From NCBI RefSeq assembly GCF_009834535.1, contig NC_045697.1, positions 56,670,001 to 56,734,000 of the forward strand: 64,000 nt of DNA, given 5' to 3'. The first letter of the stretch is position 1. Every line of letters begins with the position of its first letter. The stretch is from Camelus ferus (taxonomy: Eukaryota). The notes under the pieces were generated by a model. The model was not told the origin of the DNA. It made no database searches and saw nothing but the letters and a program-made list of their open reading frames with translations. Positions 39,690 to 53,520 of the stretch are shown in pieces. Both the position numbers and the translations under genes were made by a program.

Positions 39690-39890
39690 CTTGGTCTTTG
39701 AATAACACATACTTGAATTTAAATCCATGCTGTGTCACTAATGAGATGTGTGAATTTGACAAATTATTCAAGTTCTCTGTCTTCATTTCCTCATTTGACA
39801 ATGGAGATCAGAGCATCAACCCATCAGGGGTGTTTTGAGGCTCTGACTGAGACCTGTCATAGAGTTAGGATGTGGTAAATGCTAGTTCCC
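39690..39890 (+). mobile_element. MIR SINE
   Basis: 'tgtgtgaatttgacaaattattcaagttctctgtcttcatttcctcatttgacaatggagat' MIR core. Confidence 0.75.
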
Positions 39891-42867
39891 TTCCCTGCGT
39901 GCTTTTTTAGTCCTTTGACTGTTAGTAAAGATAAAAGCTAAAAGATACTGCAATAGTTTCCTTACCCTGCATTACTACTGTCAGTGAGGCAAAGTTATGT
40001 AAATCTATGATCATTAGCATCTATTTCTGGTTCTGTGAATCCTTGGAGTGTCTTAGAATTGCTTTAGCCACCTGCCTGATGTACCACATCCCCATATTCC
40101 TTCTGTTCACTTCCTTCTCTCTCCTTTCTTTGCCTAACAGTAAGAGAAGTGGGAAGAACAGAGAAGCAACATTTCTTGTGAAGAGGGGGCCATCCTACCC
40201 ATTTTTATGCTCAGATTTACCATCTCTAGCCTCACAGGAACTGAGGGATTGAGATTCTGTTCAGTTTTGTCTTTGGGAAAATTTAGAGGACAGAAATTAC
40301 CTAGTGAATGTAGCAAAGCTGTGTACTCAAAAGACAGCAAACCATCCCTCTCCACAAGGTAGTTAACATTTTGAAAACAATTTATTTGGCAGCACTACTG
40401 CATATAATCATAAACCAAGTCAAACAAGATGAGCATATGCATGTTGTTGAGCCGGATGGTGGAATGGCTTTTCCAGCAGCAACACACCTGTGTAACAACA
40501 TAATTTCCAGGTAAATAGCTCTTTTATTGCTAATTAGAACTGAGTATGAGATACTGTTTTGAAGCTCCAGTCAAGAAGCCCAGCTACTCACACATTCCTG
40601 ACTGAAGAATTGGGTTCCTAGAGCTGGAAAGGTCATTCTCTCACTATCCTTTGTTGGTACCACACTGATTGAAGATGCGGAAGGCCCCTGAAACTACTGC
40701 CTTGTCCTCAGCGAATAGAGCGTTGGGTACCACACAACCAGATATTCCCAGCATGCAGTTCCTTCACCCAGCTTTTTCATAAAGAGAAATTCATTCCTTA
40801 GTGTGCCCACTGTAGACTTTGAGAAAGTCCAGGGGCTGGCATTATAGATTATAACATCATTTGCTCCACTCTACTTACTACTAACAATTTTGGGGATGGA
40901 TCTTTGTGCCAAGAAGAAAGCAGTTATTAAGCTCTCATTTTACCTTTGATCTAAAATCCTGATTCCTGTGTTCTTTAAGGATTTGAGCAAGAAGTTTAAA
41001 GACCAGTGAAGAAAATAAGATAAACCAAGGGGCTTTTAAACACTATTGGTTTGAAATCAGTTGGCATTTAAACCTGCTCCACAGAGAAACACTATCCTTA
41101 TGAAAGCAGTACTAGAATAGAGCTGAATCAGGTTCTGCATGAATTACCTCTTGCTCTTTATGATTTTCTTTGCAGTGTAAAAAGGACACATGAATGTGAA
41201 AGGAAAGAATGGGGGGGAAAAAGTGAAGGAAACATCTCCAAGGATAGATATTCAAGGTCTTCCTTTTTCAGAGAAAACAATGGAAGTGATCAGTGAGAAT
41301 ACACTGGTTTCCATAAATTACACTGCTTGGTTACTTAGTGATAAATCTTGGATGAGAATTCACCTCTCCTATTTTATATTACAATAGAGTTTCATACACT
41401 GGACTATCCAAATTTAAAGAAAACAGAGAAATAAAAATTTTCTCCAGTACAGATCTTGGTAAATATTTTCAACCAAGAACTTGATGGAATAAAAAGCAAA
41501 ACCAATCACATAGTAAGTTAGTGGAAAAATATAAGAAAATCTAAAGGTTTCTTCTAAAGAGAGAAGAGACTAATTTACCTATACTAATAGAATCCATGTA
41601 TGATTTGAGATTCTCTGCCTTTCTTCACAAATTCCACAAATATAGGATTCTTTGAAAAATAGTTGTACTTGGAAAAATGTTAATTACTTAGACAAGAGAC
41701 CCTTAGTACTAAAATCATATATTATGTATTACAGTTGATTCCCGGTTATTTCCTTCTATCTATATTATTCTGTAGCAAAACAGCTTTAAATACTTGTGGT
41801 TATAAAAATTGTAGATCATAAACTGTAACTTCAATCAACATAATCTCTAAAGTTTGAATTTTAATAGTGTCATGCTGATGTAACATTAAGGAAAACAAAA
41901 ACATTAAGTATTACCTGTGGGAAGACTACCCTCTTGTGGTTTGAATTGGTACTACAACTGTCTTCCTTTCTTCAGGTCTGAATCCCATAAATGGGAATTG
42001 TAATAGGTAGACTTGGGAACTAAAAACTACCTTAACAATATTCTTATAAATAATACTATTCTAGTAATGTACCTCTATTTTGAAGATATTGGACCAGAGT
42101 CCTGGGTATACAGTTATATCTGATTACAAATACTTCCTTTGAGATTTGTAGCCTTAAGGAATGAAACACTAGCTAATCATTTAATATTTAAAGTTGTCCA
42201 TCATGTTTGTTAATGTATTATATTATTAATTAATTCTTAATTTTAAAGCTGTAAACTTATTTTGTGTGAAGTTTTAAAATGTGTGCCTCACACTAGCAGC
42301 CTTACAACTACCAAAAATACTCAATGCTAGCAATTACTCACTCCAGCTATTGTTTGAAGTTTCACAAATTAAATTACAGATTTTATGTAATGTGAAAATA
42401 TCCCATAAGGTAGCCATTTCTCTGTTCAAATCCAGTGATACATAAGAATATTTGTCAAACACAATAGTTAGTTTCTTACCACTAAATGGAGAATGCATAA
42501 TAATTAAGCCAGTATAAGTGGGGAATTTCTCAGTCCCAACTTAAACCTTGTTACAAATTTGAAATTTTGAGGTCTCTTAGAAGGACTAATTTGGCTGTAG
42601 TCGATTCTTACACTGATAGTGGAAAATAGAATGATCTTACAGTCTGTGCTGGACTGTGAACAAAAGATAGTTGTATGTATTCAAACTCTAGCCACAATGG
42701 TGCCTTGGCTTCCTGTGGTGTTCCCAGCTTCTCATGAGGACAATACCTCCATACCTTTATACTCTGCAGTAAAATAACAGTAAAATAGTAGAGTCAGGGT
42801 GGAAGGTACATAGGAATGCCCTTGAATGCTAAACGATGCCCTAAAATTTTATCTATAGTCTTACTTA

Positions 42868-43512
42868 TGTGGTAGGTTAGATTATAGTTTGGAAATAGTC
42901 ACACTACCCCCTCACCTCCATAGGAGGAGAGTATTTACTCATAGATGTTAAGCTTGAAACTGTGAGTGATTCTGGACAACTGTGTGTTAGTCACACATGC
43001 TTGGGCAGGAGCCTGAAATGCGCTTGTGAGTGTTGGTTTGCTCACTTGCTTTTCTGTCATGATCACTGTAAGAAGGTGCTTAGCCTGGCCTGCTAATCCC
43101 AGGAGCACGAGACACGTGGAGCAGAGCCTACCTCTTCTAACCAAGCCCCGCCTAGATCCCTTGACTCCTAGCTGCCGCAGATTTCTGAGTTAAGTAAAAG
43201 CTTACTATTGTATGCTGCTGAGATTTTTCTTTTGTATATATATATATTTTTATTGACGTATAGTCAGTTTACCATGTTGTGTCAATTTCTGGTGTACGGC
43301 ATAATGCTTCAGTCATACATGAACATACATATATTCATTTTCATATTCTTTTTCACCATAAGTTACTACAAGATGTTGAATATAGTTCCCTGTGCTGTAC
43401 AGTATGAACTTGTTGTTTATCTATTTTATATGTAGTAGTTATTATCTGCAAATGTCGAACTCCCAATTTTGTGGCTTTTTTTGTTACACTGCGTACTGTG
43501 GTCATGTTTAAT
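42868..43512 (+). mobile_element. MaLR solo LTR (older MLT1), interrupted by a young L1
   Basis: Starts 'tgtggtaggttagattatag'. The MLT1 end 'aaaagcttactattgtatgctgctgagattt' resumes after the L1 as 'tgtggc...ttgttacactgc'. Confidence 0.8.
43226..43470 (-). mobile_element. 5'-truncated lineage-type L1 3' UTR
   Basis: The reverse complement is closely similar to ~60405-60625. Confidence 0.9.
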
Positions 43513-43619
43513 GGAGCCAATTTTATTTCCCCATGTGGAAAATATTTAACTAATTCATACATACAGGGGCAGTGTCTACATAGTTGTTCGATCCATTTTC
43601 TTCGTCAACATCTTTATGA

Positions 43620-43940
43620 AGCTCACTCTTTTGATCCTTGATATCAAGTAAATGTCACCTTCTCAGAGAGCAGTTTCTGACTACTCTGTCTGGAGTATCT
43701 CTTACCAAATAATTCTGTGTATAATTAAGCTGGTTATTTTCTTCCTAAAAAATATTTTAAATTTCAATGTTCTCATTCATTAATTTATTTGCCAGTATAA
43801 ATTTATGAGGGTAAAATCCTATCAAATATAAATTTTATGAGGGTAAAATCCTATCTCTTTGTTCTGTGCTCTGTCTCCAGTTTCTAGTTCATATAATTCT
43901 TTCACTAAATACTTTCGAATGAACAAATGAGTGATTAATT
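43620..43940 (+). mobile_element. L2 3' end
   Basis: 'aaatgtcaccttctcagagag...ttgttctgtgctctgtctccagtttctag...aaatactttcgaatgaacaaatga'. Confidence 0.7.
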
Positions 43941-44148
43941 CAGCCCATTAATACATCAATCAGTTTCATTACCTGATCTGGTTGACTCTCACTTCAAACA
44001 TCACTCAAAAAAATAAATCCTCGTTAGTTTTAATTACCACCATAACTGTTTTTTCATTTCACCTGTGTTTCAACTGTCAAGGATCCAGTAGTTGAGTGGA
44101 TAACAAATTATTCTAAGTTGACTGGTAATCTCATGCTCTGAATCAGGC

Positions 44149-44177
44149 ATATATATATTTATATATAATATCTATTT

Positions 44178-44248
<71 letters not shown>
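44149..44248. repeat. (TA)n(CA)n compound microsatellite
   Basis: Directly visible. Confidence 0.95.
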
Positions 44249-44839
44249 GGTTCCTCCTTCTTCTCATTATATTAAACAAATAAGATGAGAATTCTCAACA
44301 TTTATGTCAAGCCTACACCCTTACAATTAGAAATTCAAAACTATTCATCATTTGCTGGGTGTAAGTTGGGTCACATATAGTAATTATATTATTATTTTAA
44401 ATTTGGGGGGGCAAACAGTGTTCTAATTGATAAGTAACATCTATGAACCCAGGAATGGAAAATACTTAGTGAAGTAGAATGTGAAAGTAGAGATGGAAGA
44501 GGTAGGAAGGGAGAAAGGGAGTAAAGGGAAGAGATAAAACTAGAGGAAGAGAAAAAGGAAAGAGACAAAAGGGAAGAGATTTGAGGGAGGAAGCAATGTG
44601 CTTCAGATTTTGGTAAATTCCTCATTACATTTCAGGTTTCAACCCACGTCTTGCTAAGAAGAGGATACATAACCTGGGTCAGGCCTTGAATGATGGGCAG
44701 AGTTTGGATAAATGGACAGTGGATAGGAATGAGAAGGCTGTAAGCTAGATAATGAGCCAATGTGAATGGAAAGGCAAGTCCACTCTCATCAGAATACCCA
44801 ACTGTGATCCACAGACACCTTGAGATAGGTATTGATGTT

Positions 44840-45165
44840 TGTTATGGGCTGAATAGAGTCTTCCCCCAAACTCATGTGTTGAGTCCTAGTCCCCAGGACC
44901 TAAGAAGGTGACTGTGTTTTGAGGTAGCACCTTTAGAGAAGTAATTGAATAAAATGAGGTCATTTGAGTGGTCTCCAGTCCAGTATGGCTGGTGTCCGTA
45001 TACGAAGACATAGAGGGAAGACCATGTTGAGACAGCAGGAGGCGATGGCCAACTACAAGCCAAGAAGAGGGGCCTCAGAGGAAACCCACCAGCCAGCACC
45101 TTGATGGTAGACTTCTAGCTTCCAGGATTGTGAGAAAACACGATTTGATGTGTAAGCCGCTCACT
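44840..45165 (+). mobile_element. MaLR LTR (MLT1A/B-like), 3'-truncated
   Basis: 'tgttatgggctgaat...aaaatgaggtcat...caagccaagaagaggggcctcagaggaaacccaccagccagcaccttgatggtagacttctagcttccagg'. Confidence 0.88.
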
Positions 45166-45500
45166 TCCGACTTCCCCCACTGTAGCCCATTCGTTATTCA
45201 GAAGTCAGTGTATTGTTGTTGCTGCCGCTGTTTTTCTAACTCACAGGACAGACCATGTCATCCCCGCCTGTGTCCCTCTGGTGACCCTCATGGCAAACAG
45301 AATAAAATCCCAACCTCTTAGCTTGAATGCTGAGGCCCTATTGAACTGACCCTTAGTATTTTTCCTCATCTCATATACTTTCTATTTCACACAGCATATT
45401 TTGGACTCATTGAATTTTTTCCTCCTTGTTTTTCAAAGTACTAAATGCCTTTTATTTTTCCTTAAGGAAGCATTTGGTTGGGTCTTTTCCTCCCAGATAA

Positions 45501-45627
45501 TTTTTGGGGGGGAGGAGGGAGTAATTAGATTTATTTATTTATTTCTGTTTAGAGGAGGTACTGGGGATTGAACCCAGGACCTCGTGCACGCTAAGCATGC
45601 GCTCTACAATTTCAGCTATATCCTCCC
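45501..45627 (-). mobile_element. tRNA-derived SINE, camelid Vic-1-like
   Basis: The minus strand reads gggaggatatagctgaaattgtagagcgcatgcttagcgtgcacgaggtcctgggttcaatccccagtacctcc (pol III A and B boxes), then an AT-rich linker and 'ctaattactccc'. Homologous to 56411-56545. Confidence 0.9.
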
Positions 45628-45747
45628 TGCTGCCCCTGGTTTTTTATAGACAGTTTTTCGCAATTCAGTTCTCAGAGTAAGTGCTGGGTACATTTTCAGA
45701 GAGTTCTTGTCTAAGCTAAAAAAAAATCTGTCTCTGTTAGTGGGCTT

Positions 45748-46292
45748 TGTCCAGCACAGACCCACCCTGGAAGAATGAATTACTCGAGACTTAATCAAGT
45801 CAAGACAATGAGAGGGAGCCAGAGACCAACTCCAATACCCCAAGCACCTCCGAAACTCTTGTATTTACTGAGAACAGTCAAATAAAGGATTAAGGTAAAA
45901 CACATCATAGGAATGTGTATGGGGCATGGTATACATGCAGGTATGCAGGTCAGCAGCTTTGTGAAAAATAGAAACATTAGTCTTAATCTATATGTTTAGG
46001 GAGAAGTTTACAATGTTTAGGGTGTATACAATCAATAATGGAAACCAGGCAGGCACAAAGACCCCATAAAGACCAAGATCTAACTAGATAAGCGAAGAAT
46101 GCCCTGCTGTTTTCAGCAAGGGCAGAACGTACTGGTTTTCCAAGCAGCAGAAGCGCCTACAGCTAACAACCTACACCTAAGGTAAGCACAGCATGTCTTG
46201 CCGTTTTCAGCAGTTTTCTGCATTGCAGCCCTACAACTTATTAACCCATGACTGTGCTACCGCATCGATTCTTCTGGTTACTCTCCACCACA
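45748..46292 (-). mobile_element. Probable solo ERV LTR, family unassigned
   Basis: ~545-bp block with TG...CA termini, higher GC and CpG than its flanks, sitting inside L2 debris. No clean TSD seen. Confidence 0.5.
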
Positions 46293-46392
46293 CTATCCTA
46301 TTTTAGTTTTTTCGTGTTTATTTGTTTATTTTGGGGGTCATCTTCTTTGAAGACAGGGACTGTATCTGTTTCACTTGTGATTTGTCATCAGT

Positions 46393-46704
46393 GGCTAGAG
46401 CTGTGCTACCCAACAACATGAACACATGAGGCTACTGAGCACTTAAAAATGTGTTTACTCCATATTAGGATGTGCATTTAGTGTAAAATACACACCAAAT
46501 TTGAATGTTTGATATAAAAGCTTGTCAAGTATCTTAATAATTTTATACTGATAGATGTTAAATGAAAATATTATGGATATATCTGTTTAAATAAAATATA
46601 TTACTTGTTATTATACACTTATTTTACCTGCTTCATTTTACTTTATCAGGGCTAACAAAAAAATTAAAATTATATGCATGGCTTATAATTGTGGCCCATA
46701 CACT
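46393..46704 (+). mobile_element. MER33/MER3-type hAT-Charlie element; its terminal piece lies at ~49992-50020 beyond the inserted L1
   Basis: 'cacatgaggctactgagcacttaaaaatgtg...agtgtaaaatacacaccaaattt...aaaattatatgcatggct'; terminal piece 'cacattccatttctactgcatagccctg'. Confidence 0.8.
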
Positions 46705-49700
46705 TATTTTTTTTTAAATCACTTTACTGAAGTATGAGTGACATACAAAAAAGCTGTACAAATTTAATGTGTAGAACTTAATGAGCTTGTGTCTATCCAT
46801 GAAAGCATCACCAAAATCTATGCTGTAAATGTATCCATCATCTCCAAAAGTTTCCTTCCGCCTTCTTTACTTATTATTACTGTATGCATGATAAGAATAC
46901 TTAACATAATATATACTCTCTTAGCAAACGTTTAAGTATACAATACAGTGTTACTAACTATAGGCACTGTCCTGTACAGTAGATATTTAGGATTTATTCA
47001 TCTTGGAAAACTAAAACTTCGTACCCTTTGACTAGTACCTCCCCATTTTCCCTTCCCTCCAGTCCCTGGCAACATCGTTTGACTCTCTGCTTCTGTAAGT
47101 TTGACTATTTTAGATTCCTCATATAAGTGGTAGCATGTAATATTTGTCGTTCTATGTCTTGCTTATTTCACTTGGCCTAATATTTTGCAGGTTCACCACT
47201 ATTTGTTGCAAATGGTAGGATTTCCCTCTTTTGAATACCAAATAATATTCCATTGAATATAGATACCACATTTTCTTTACCCATTCATCTGAAGATAGAC
47301 ATTTCAGTTGTATCTCTTGGCTATTGTGAATAATGCTTCAATGAACATGAGACTGCGGATATCTCTTTGAGATCTTGCTTTAATTTCCTGTGGACATATA
47401 CCCAGAAGTAAGATTGCTGGATCATACGGCAGCTCTATTTTTAATTTTCAGAGAAACTTCTAAAATGTTTTCCATGTGACTACACCAACTTACATTCCTA
47501 CTAATAGTGTACAATTTTTTTTCCTCCATGTCCTTATCAACACTTGTTATCTTTTGGGATTTTTTTATAATAGCCACCCTAACTGGTATGAGATGATATC
47601 CCATTGTAGTTTTGATGTGTGTTTCTCTGATGGTTAGTGATGTTGAGCACATTTTCATATACCTGTTGGCCATTTGTATTCTTCCTTGGAGAAATATATG
47701 TTCAGTTCCTTTGTCCATTTTTAAATCAGGTGGGTTTTTTTTGTTGTTGTTGTTATTTATTATAGAAGTTCCATATATATATGGCATATTAACACTTAAT
47801 CAGATAGGTTTTGAAAATGTTTTTCCAATTCCACAGGTCATCTTTTACTTTCGTTAATATTTTCCATTGCTGTGTAAAAACTTTTTAGTTTGATGTAGTC
47901 CCACTTATCTATTTTTGCCTTTGCTGCCTGTGGTTTTGGTGTGAAATCTACGAAGTCATTTAGAAAGATCAATGCCAGTAAGCTGTTTCTCCATGTTTTC
48001 CTTTAGGAGTTTGGACTTAGATTTTTATTCCATTTGGGATTTACATTTTTATTCCATTTGGGACTGATTTTTGTCCAATTTCTTTCTTTCTTTTTTTTTT
48101 TTTTTTTGCATGTGCTGTAATTTTTTTCTCAACAACATTTATAGAAGGGAATATCCTTTCCCCATTGTGTATTCTTGGGGAATATGCAAAGATCAGTTGA
48201 CCACATATGGATGAATTTATTTCTGGGCTCTCTATTTTGTTCCATTGTTCTAAACATCTGTTTTCATTCTAGGACCATATTGCATTGATTGCTGTAGCTT
48301 TGGAATATATTTTGAAATCAGGAAGTGTGATGCCTCCAGGATTGTTCTTCTTTTTCAAGATTGCTTTGGCTTTTTGGGGTCTTTGGAGTTTCATATGAAT
48401 TTCAGGATTTGTTTTTTCTATTTCTGTAAAAAAAAAATTCCAGTGAAATTTTGATTGCAATTACATCAAATCTGTAGATTGCTTTCGGTAGTATTGGTAT
48501 TTTAACAATACTAATTCTTTCAACCCATAAACATAGAATGTCTTCCCACTTATTTATTTAGGATTTAATTTCTTTTTATCAATGTTTTATAGTTTTCAGT
48601 GTAGAAGTCTTTCAGCTCCTTAAATTTGTTCTTCAATATGTTATTTTTTGATGCAATTGCAAATGGGATAGTTTTCTTAATTTTACTTTCAAATAGTTTA
48701 TTGTTAATATATGGAAATGCAACTGATTTTTATTTGTTGATTCTGTATCCTGTAACTTTACTTTATTAGTTTTTTAGTTCTTTTTTCTTTGTTCAAACCT
48801 TTAGCATTTTCTATACATAAGATTATTTCATCTGTAAACAGAAATAATTTAACTTCTTTTTTTTTCCCAACTGGTATACCTTTTATTTATTTTTCTTGCT
48901 TCATTGCTCTGTCTAGGACATCCAGTATTATGTTCAATAGAAGTGGCAAGAATGGACATCTTTGACTTACAGATCTTAGATAAAAAGTTTTCAGTTTTTT
49001 TCCCATTGAGTATCATGTAAGGTGTGGGCTTTTCATATACAGCCCTTACTGTGTTAAAGTAACTTCCTTCTATACCTAATTGTTGAGTTTGTATCATGGA
49101 AGAATGTTGAATACTGTCAAACATTTTTCTGCATTTTTGAGAGGATTATGTGATTTTTATCCTTCATTATAATAATGTGGTGTGTCACATTCATTGATTT
49201 GCATATGTTGAACCATTCTTGCATTCCAGAGATAACTTCCACTTGGTCGTAGTGTTTCTTTTAATGTACTGTTGAATTTAATTTGCTAATATTTCGTTGA
49301 TGACTTGCAATTATCTATACCAGGAATATTGGCTTGTAGTTTTCTCTTCTGGTGTCTTTATCTGGCTTTGGTATCAGGGTGATGCTGGACTCAAAATGAG
49401 TGTGGAAGTGCTCCCCCTTCTATTTTTGGAAGGGTTTAATAAGTATTGGTAGTAATCTTTCTGTATATGTTTGGTAGAATTCACTTGTGAAGCCATCTGT
49501 TCCTGAACTTTTCTTGGTTGGGAGGTTTTTGATTACAGAATCAATCTCCTTATTATTGGACTGTTCAGCATTTCTATTTCTGTTTGATTCAGTTCTGGTA
49601 AATTGCATTTTTTCCAGAAATGTCAATTTCTTCTAGGTTGTCTAATTTATTGGCATACAGTTGTTCATAATAGTCCATTGTAGACTTTTTAATTTCTGTG

Positions 49701-49990
49701 GCATCATTTGTATTGTTTTCTCTTTTGTTTCTGATTTTGTCTTCTCTCTTTTTTCCTTGATTAGTCTACTAATGGTTTGTCACTTTCCTTATCTTTAAAA
49801 AAAAATCTCTTAGTTTCATTCATTTAAAAATTGTTGTTCTATTATCTATTTCATCTATTTTTGTTCTAATCTTTATTATTACCTTCCATCTGATAGCTTT
49901 GAGCTTAGTTTGTTCTTCTTTTTCTAATTCCTCAAAGTGTAAACTTAGGTTGTTTATTTGAGATCTTTTGTCTTCTTTAATGTAGGTGTT
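46705..49990 (-). mobile_element. ~3.3-kb 5'-truncated L1 (L1MA9-like 3' end) with decayed ORF2
   Basis: Minus-strand ORFs give L1 ORF2 peptides ([56 protein letters not shown]). 3' UTR and poly(T) at the left end. Confidence 0.95.
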
Positions 49991-52139
49991 TCCACATTCC
50001 ATTTCTACTGCATAGCCCTGACTTAGTAAATAGCTGAGATATAATTGATTTTTAAGGAATATTCATTGTTTGAAAAGAGCATTATAGTTAAAGTTGATAA
50101 TTCCTCCAAAGGTTTTACATTTTATATTCACAAGTTTGTCATGAAGGTATTTTTAAATTTTACAGATGGGGAAACAGGAAAGTAGATTATTCAGTATGTG
50201 GACTTGGAATAATTGCTTAATTGAGGAAAAAATGAAAAATAATAGCTGGAGAGATATGCAGTACATTTTAATAGTGATAATCTCTAGTAGGGAGGGTAAT
50301 TAGTGATTTTTAAAAAATGTGTACTTTCTGGCATTTCCCCATCTTTAATGCAAAAAGCATATGCTATTTAATGCTCTATACATATATATGTGAAACAAAC
50401 CAATAACTAAGTAATATTAGGAGGATAAATACAACAGCTTAAGAAGAAAAAAATATATTATACCTATAAAATTTTGGGATATCCTACAAACTAATCTCCT
50501 TTATTCTAGTCTCATATTTTTAATCAACACTAATAATAATAATTAATAGTTATCCTATCCTCATTATAAACCTGTTCAAACTTTAACTCTTCTCTGAGCC
50601 CAGCCTTCTTCCTTCTTGCTTTGTAATCTGTCATATTTCTCATATGCTTAACTTTTACTACTTACTTAGAGTTAATACTGATTAGGTTTTATTCCCTCAT
50701 CTTAAGTGAGAAAAGCCAAGACCAAAAAAGTAAATAAAAACATCCTTGGAGTCTGCAGTTAAATGGGTTAGCTTTAATTTCTTTTCTTTTCTCTCTCTCT
50801 CTATCATTTTATTAAGTATGTATGTATGGTTTGTTCCCTAAGACATTCCATAGCCTGATCAAATTATTCCTGCTTTGAAAGAAAAAGAATTCTCTTACCC
50901 ATAAATGCAATGATTATCATTAGATAAAGGACATCGAGTGAGAGAATGCATTTAACAACTCTTTTGCCATACGATGAAATGATCTTTTGAGAGTTTCTTC
51001 TTATATTAGACTTCCATCCAAGCTGAGAGTATATTAATCTCAATTTTTTCAAGCATTATTTTTTGAATTACTTTGGTTTTTATCTTTTCAGAGTCAGTTC
51101 ATACAGAGTTCTCTCTGCTGCCTCCCATAAATGGACACATGTTTATGGGTGTGTAAATTAGACCTTCTTTTGATTTTTCATTCACTAGTGAAATAAAATA
51201 CATATAAGGTAAAAATAACATTAATGAGAGTATCAATGACTGGCTTTGTGTGAGATTCCTTTCTTTCTTCCTTCCTCACTTTCTTCTTTCCTATAAATAA
51301 ATACACACATATTCATATCCATATAACATTAATATATAAGCATATGGCTTTTTATATGTGCATATACATATGTGTGTAGAAAACTTTTCTTGAACAAAAA
51401 ACTTTTATAAATGGTGTTATTTAAAGAGTAAATATAATCTTAGCAAAAGCAATTTGTTTCTACCTATGTCCTCCCAGGATCAATCATCTTTTTTTTTTCC
51501 TTTACTGAGTAAAAGAATGACCTGCTGCAGCTTACTACACATCAGTTTCCTGAGATGAAACTTATTAGAATAAGAACATGATGAATTTTCCCATTTCCGT
51601 CCATCCAATCAGTCTGTTCATTGTCTGAGAGCTCACCCGATGACTAAAGATGTCAGTTGTTTCTCCCCAGGTTTTCCAGTAGCCTTGTGCTTTAATCCAG
51701 CTGCTGCTTTGCATCTGAAAACTAAATCAGCCTCAGTATTTCATAGTCTTTTTGATCTTGGGTTTTATGATAATGAGACTTTGGCTACAGAAACCTCCAT
51801 TCAGAGAATTCAAACAGATTTTAGCACCTGTTAGCAGGTGTAAAAAAACAAGTGCCTCATTTAAATTTTTCCATTCTTTTGAATTTGCTTATCTATAATT
51901 AAAACCATTTTGTCCATGAAAAGTGCTCTAGAAAATGAAGGCAATTCTTATGCATTTTTATTTCTATTGTATTGATGTCTGTCCCTTGGATTGTTAGATT
52001 CTTTTCTGTAACTCTCAATTTTTCCATCTCTAAAATGGGGAGGGAGGATGGGAGAATTAGCATTTTGTTGAGTTCATCGCATGAACATTTCTGTAGTAAC
52101 AAAGTCTTACAGATCTGTTTATAACATTAGTGTCACTGT

Positions 52140-52315
52140 TGCAGTGAAAATAACAAAATTTTGGAGTCCAAGGAGAAATGTGCAAGCTCAGTTCAAGACA
52201 GTTACCAGGGGGCACAGGACACTATTTCTGAGGTTCTTGTTTATCTTGTCTGGAAAATGAAGTGGACTTGGTAATCACCATTGCTGCTCTTGAAGCTAAG
52301 GTTCTCTATTTTAAT
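52140..52315 (+). mobile_element. MIR-family fragment
   Basis: 'gcagtgaaaataacaaaattttggagtc...tctgaggttcttgtttatcttgtctggaaaatgaagtggacttgg'. Confidence 0.55.
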
Positions 52316-53399
52316 GAAGGTAACTTTTTTTTAAAAGCTGTTTAACTAGAAAACTCCATGGTATGTTATTGTTATTAACCATGAAAAATCCCAAAATAAA
52401 AAAAATTAATCACATTATTAACTATGGGAAAATCAAGAACCCTATTTTGATTTTCCTCCTTATTATTGAATGAATAATTCTTCACTAGAATTGCAATTGC
52501 AAAAGTATGTTTATATTGTAGTGTAAAATTATAAACATTTAAGTATATTCAATACATATTCCATAAATGAGGTAATAAAACATAGTTTGCTCAAGACCTA
52601 TTTTTAGTATTCTATATTTCTTTGTTTTCTAATAAATCATTGGAAAGCTCATAGTATGTAAATCATTGTTAGGGAAATCAATATCATTTTCTATTATAAA
52701 AGGAAAATATAAAGACTCTACTTGTTAGAATATTTTAAAAATGGAACTAGGAACATAAGATTTGGTCAGAGAGCAAAAAGCTGGCAGTAACACGTAAATA
52801 GATTTTGTCTGGGGCTGAGGATAAGGGAGTCAGATGTGCCAGGAATACAAAGAGATAGATACAGAATTTGTTTCTTTTCTTTTTCTCTTCTTTTCTTTTG
52901 ATGCTTGACTTAGCAATTTAGCAACAAAAGCCAACTTTTTTCTAGAACATCTAAAGACGCATAGCTAAGTTTTTGAAAGATGTTCTGATTTAGGAAATAA
53001 TCTTCAAATTGGAACTCTATCTGGGTCTCTAGCACAACATTTAATTAGTCTGAACACACCCTCCTATTTGACATGTCATCTTGTTTGTGTGCACAGTATG
53101 TTCCCGTTTCATGCTTTCCTCCAGAATTCTCTTTCAGGCTCCTTCACCAGTTCTCTAGCGCCCAGTTTCCAGCTTTTGTTTCTCATTGTACACTTTCTCT
53201 AAAAGATACTGCATTCATTCAAAAGCTTCAGTTGCTATTACTTTATGGAACAACCCCAATCTTGCATAGTACTCAGGCTTTAATAGTTTATATTTGGTTT
53301 AAATCTTTGTGGCTGGTTTCAGGGCAAATTTGAATACAAATTATCACAAAATAGGGAAAAAAGCATATTTTGCAGAATACATTTAAATCTGAGGACAAA

Positions 53400-53520
53400 A
53401 GTGATACTTAAGACATTTGAGGATGGTTGAAGTAACAGTGGGTATTATCCTGGAGAAGAATAGATATCCAGAGACATGACAGCAACCTTCAAACATTTTA
53501 ACGCAGTAATTCTAAGAGAG
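53400..53520 (+). mobile_element. L3/CR1 fragment
   Basis: 'catttgaggatggttgaagtaacagtgggtattatcctggagaagaatagatatccagagacatgacagcaaccttcaaacattt' resembles the CR1 L-E-K-R-R-L-R-G-D region. Confidence 0.7.
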
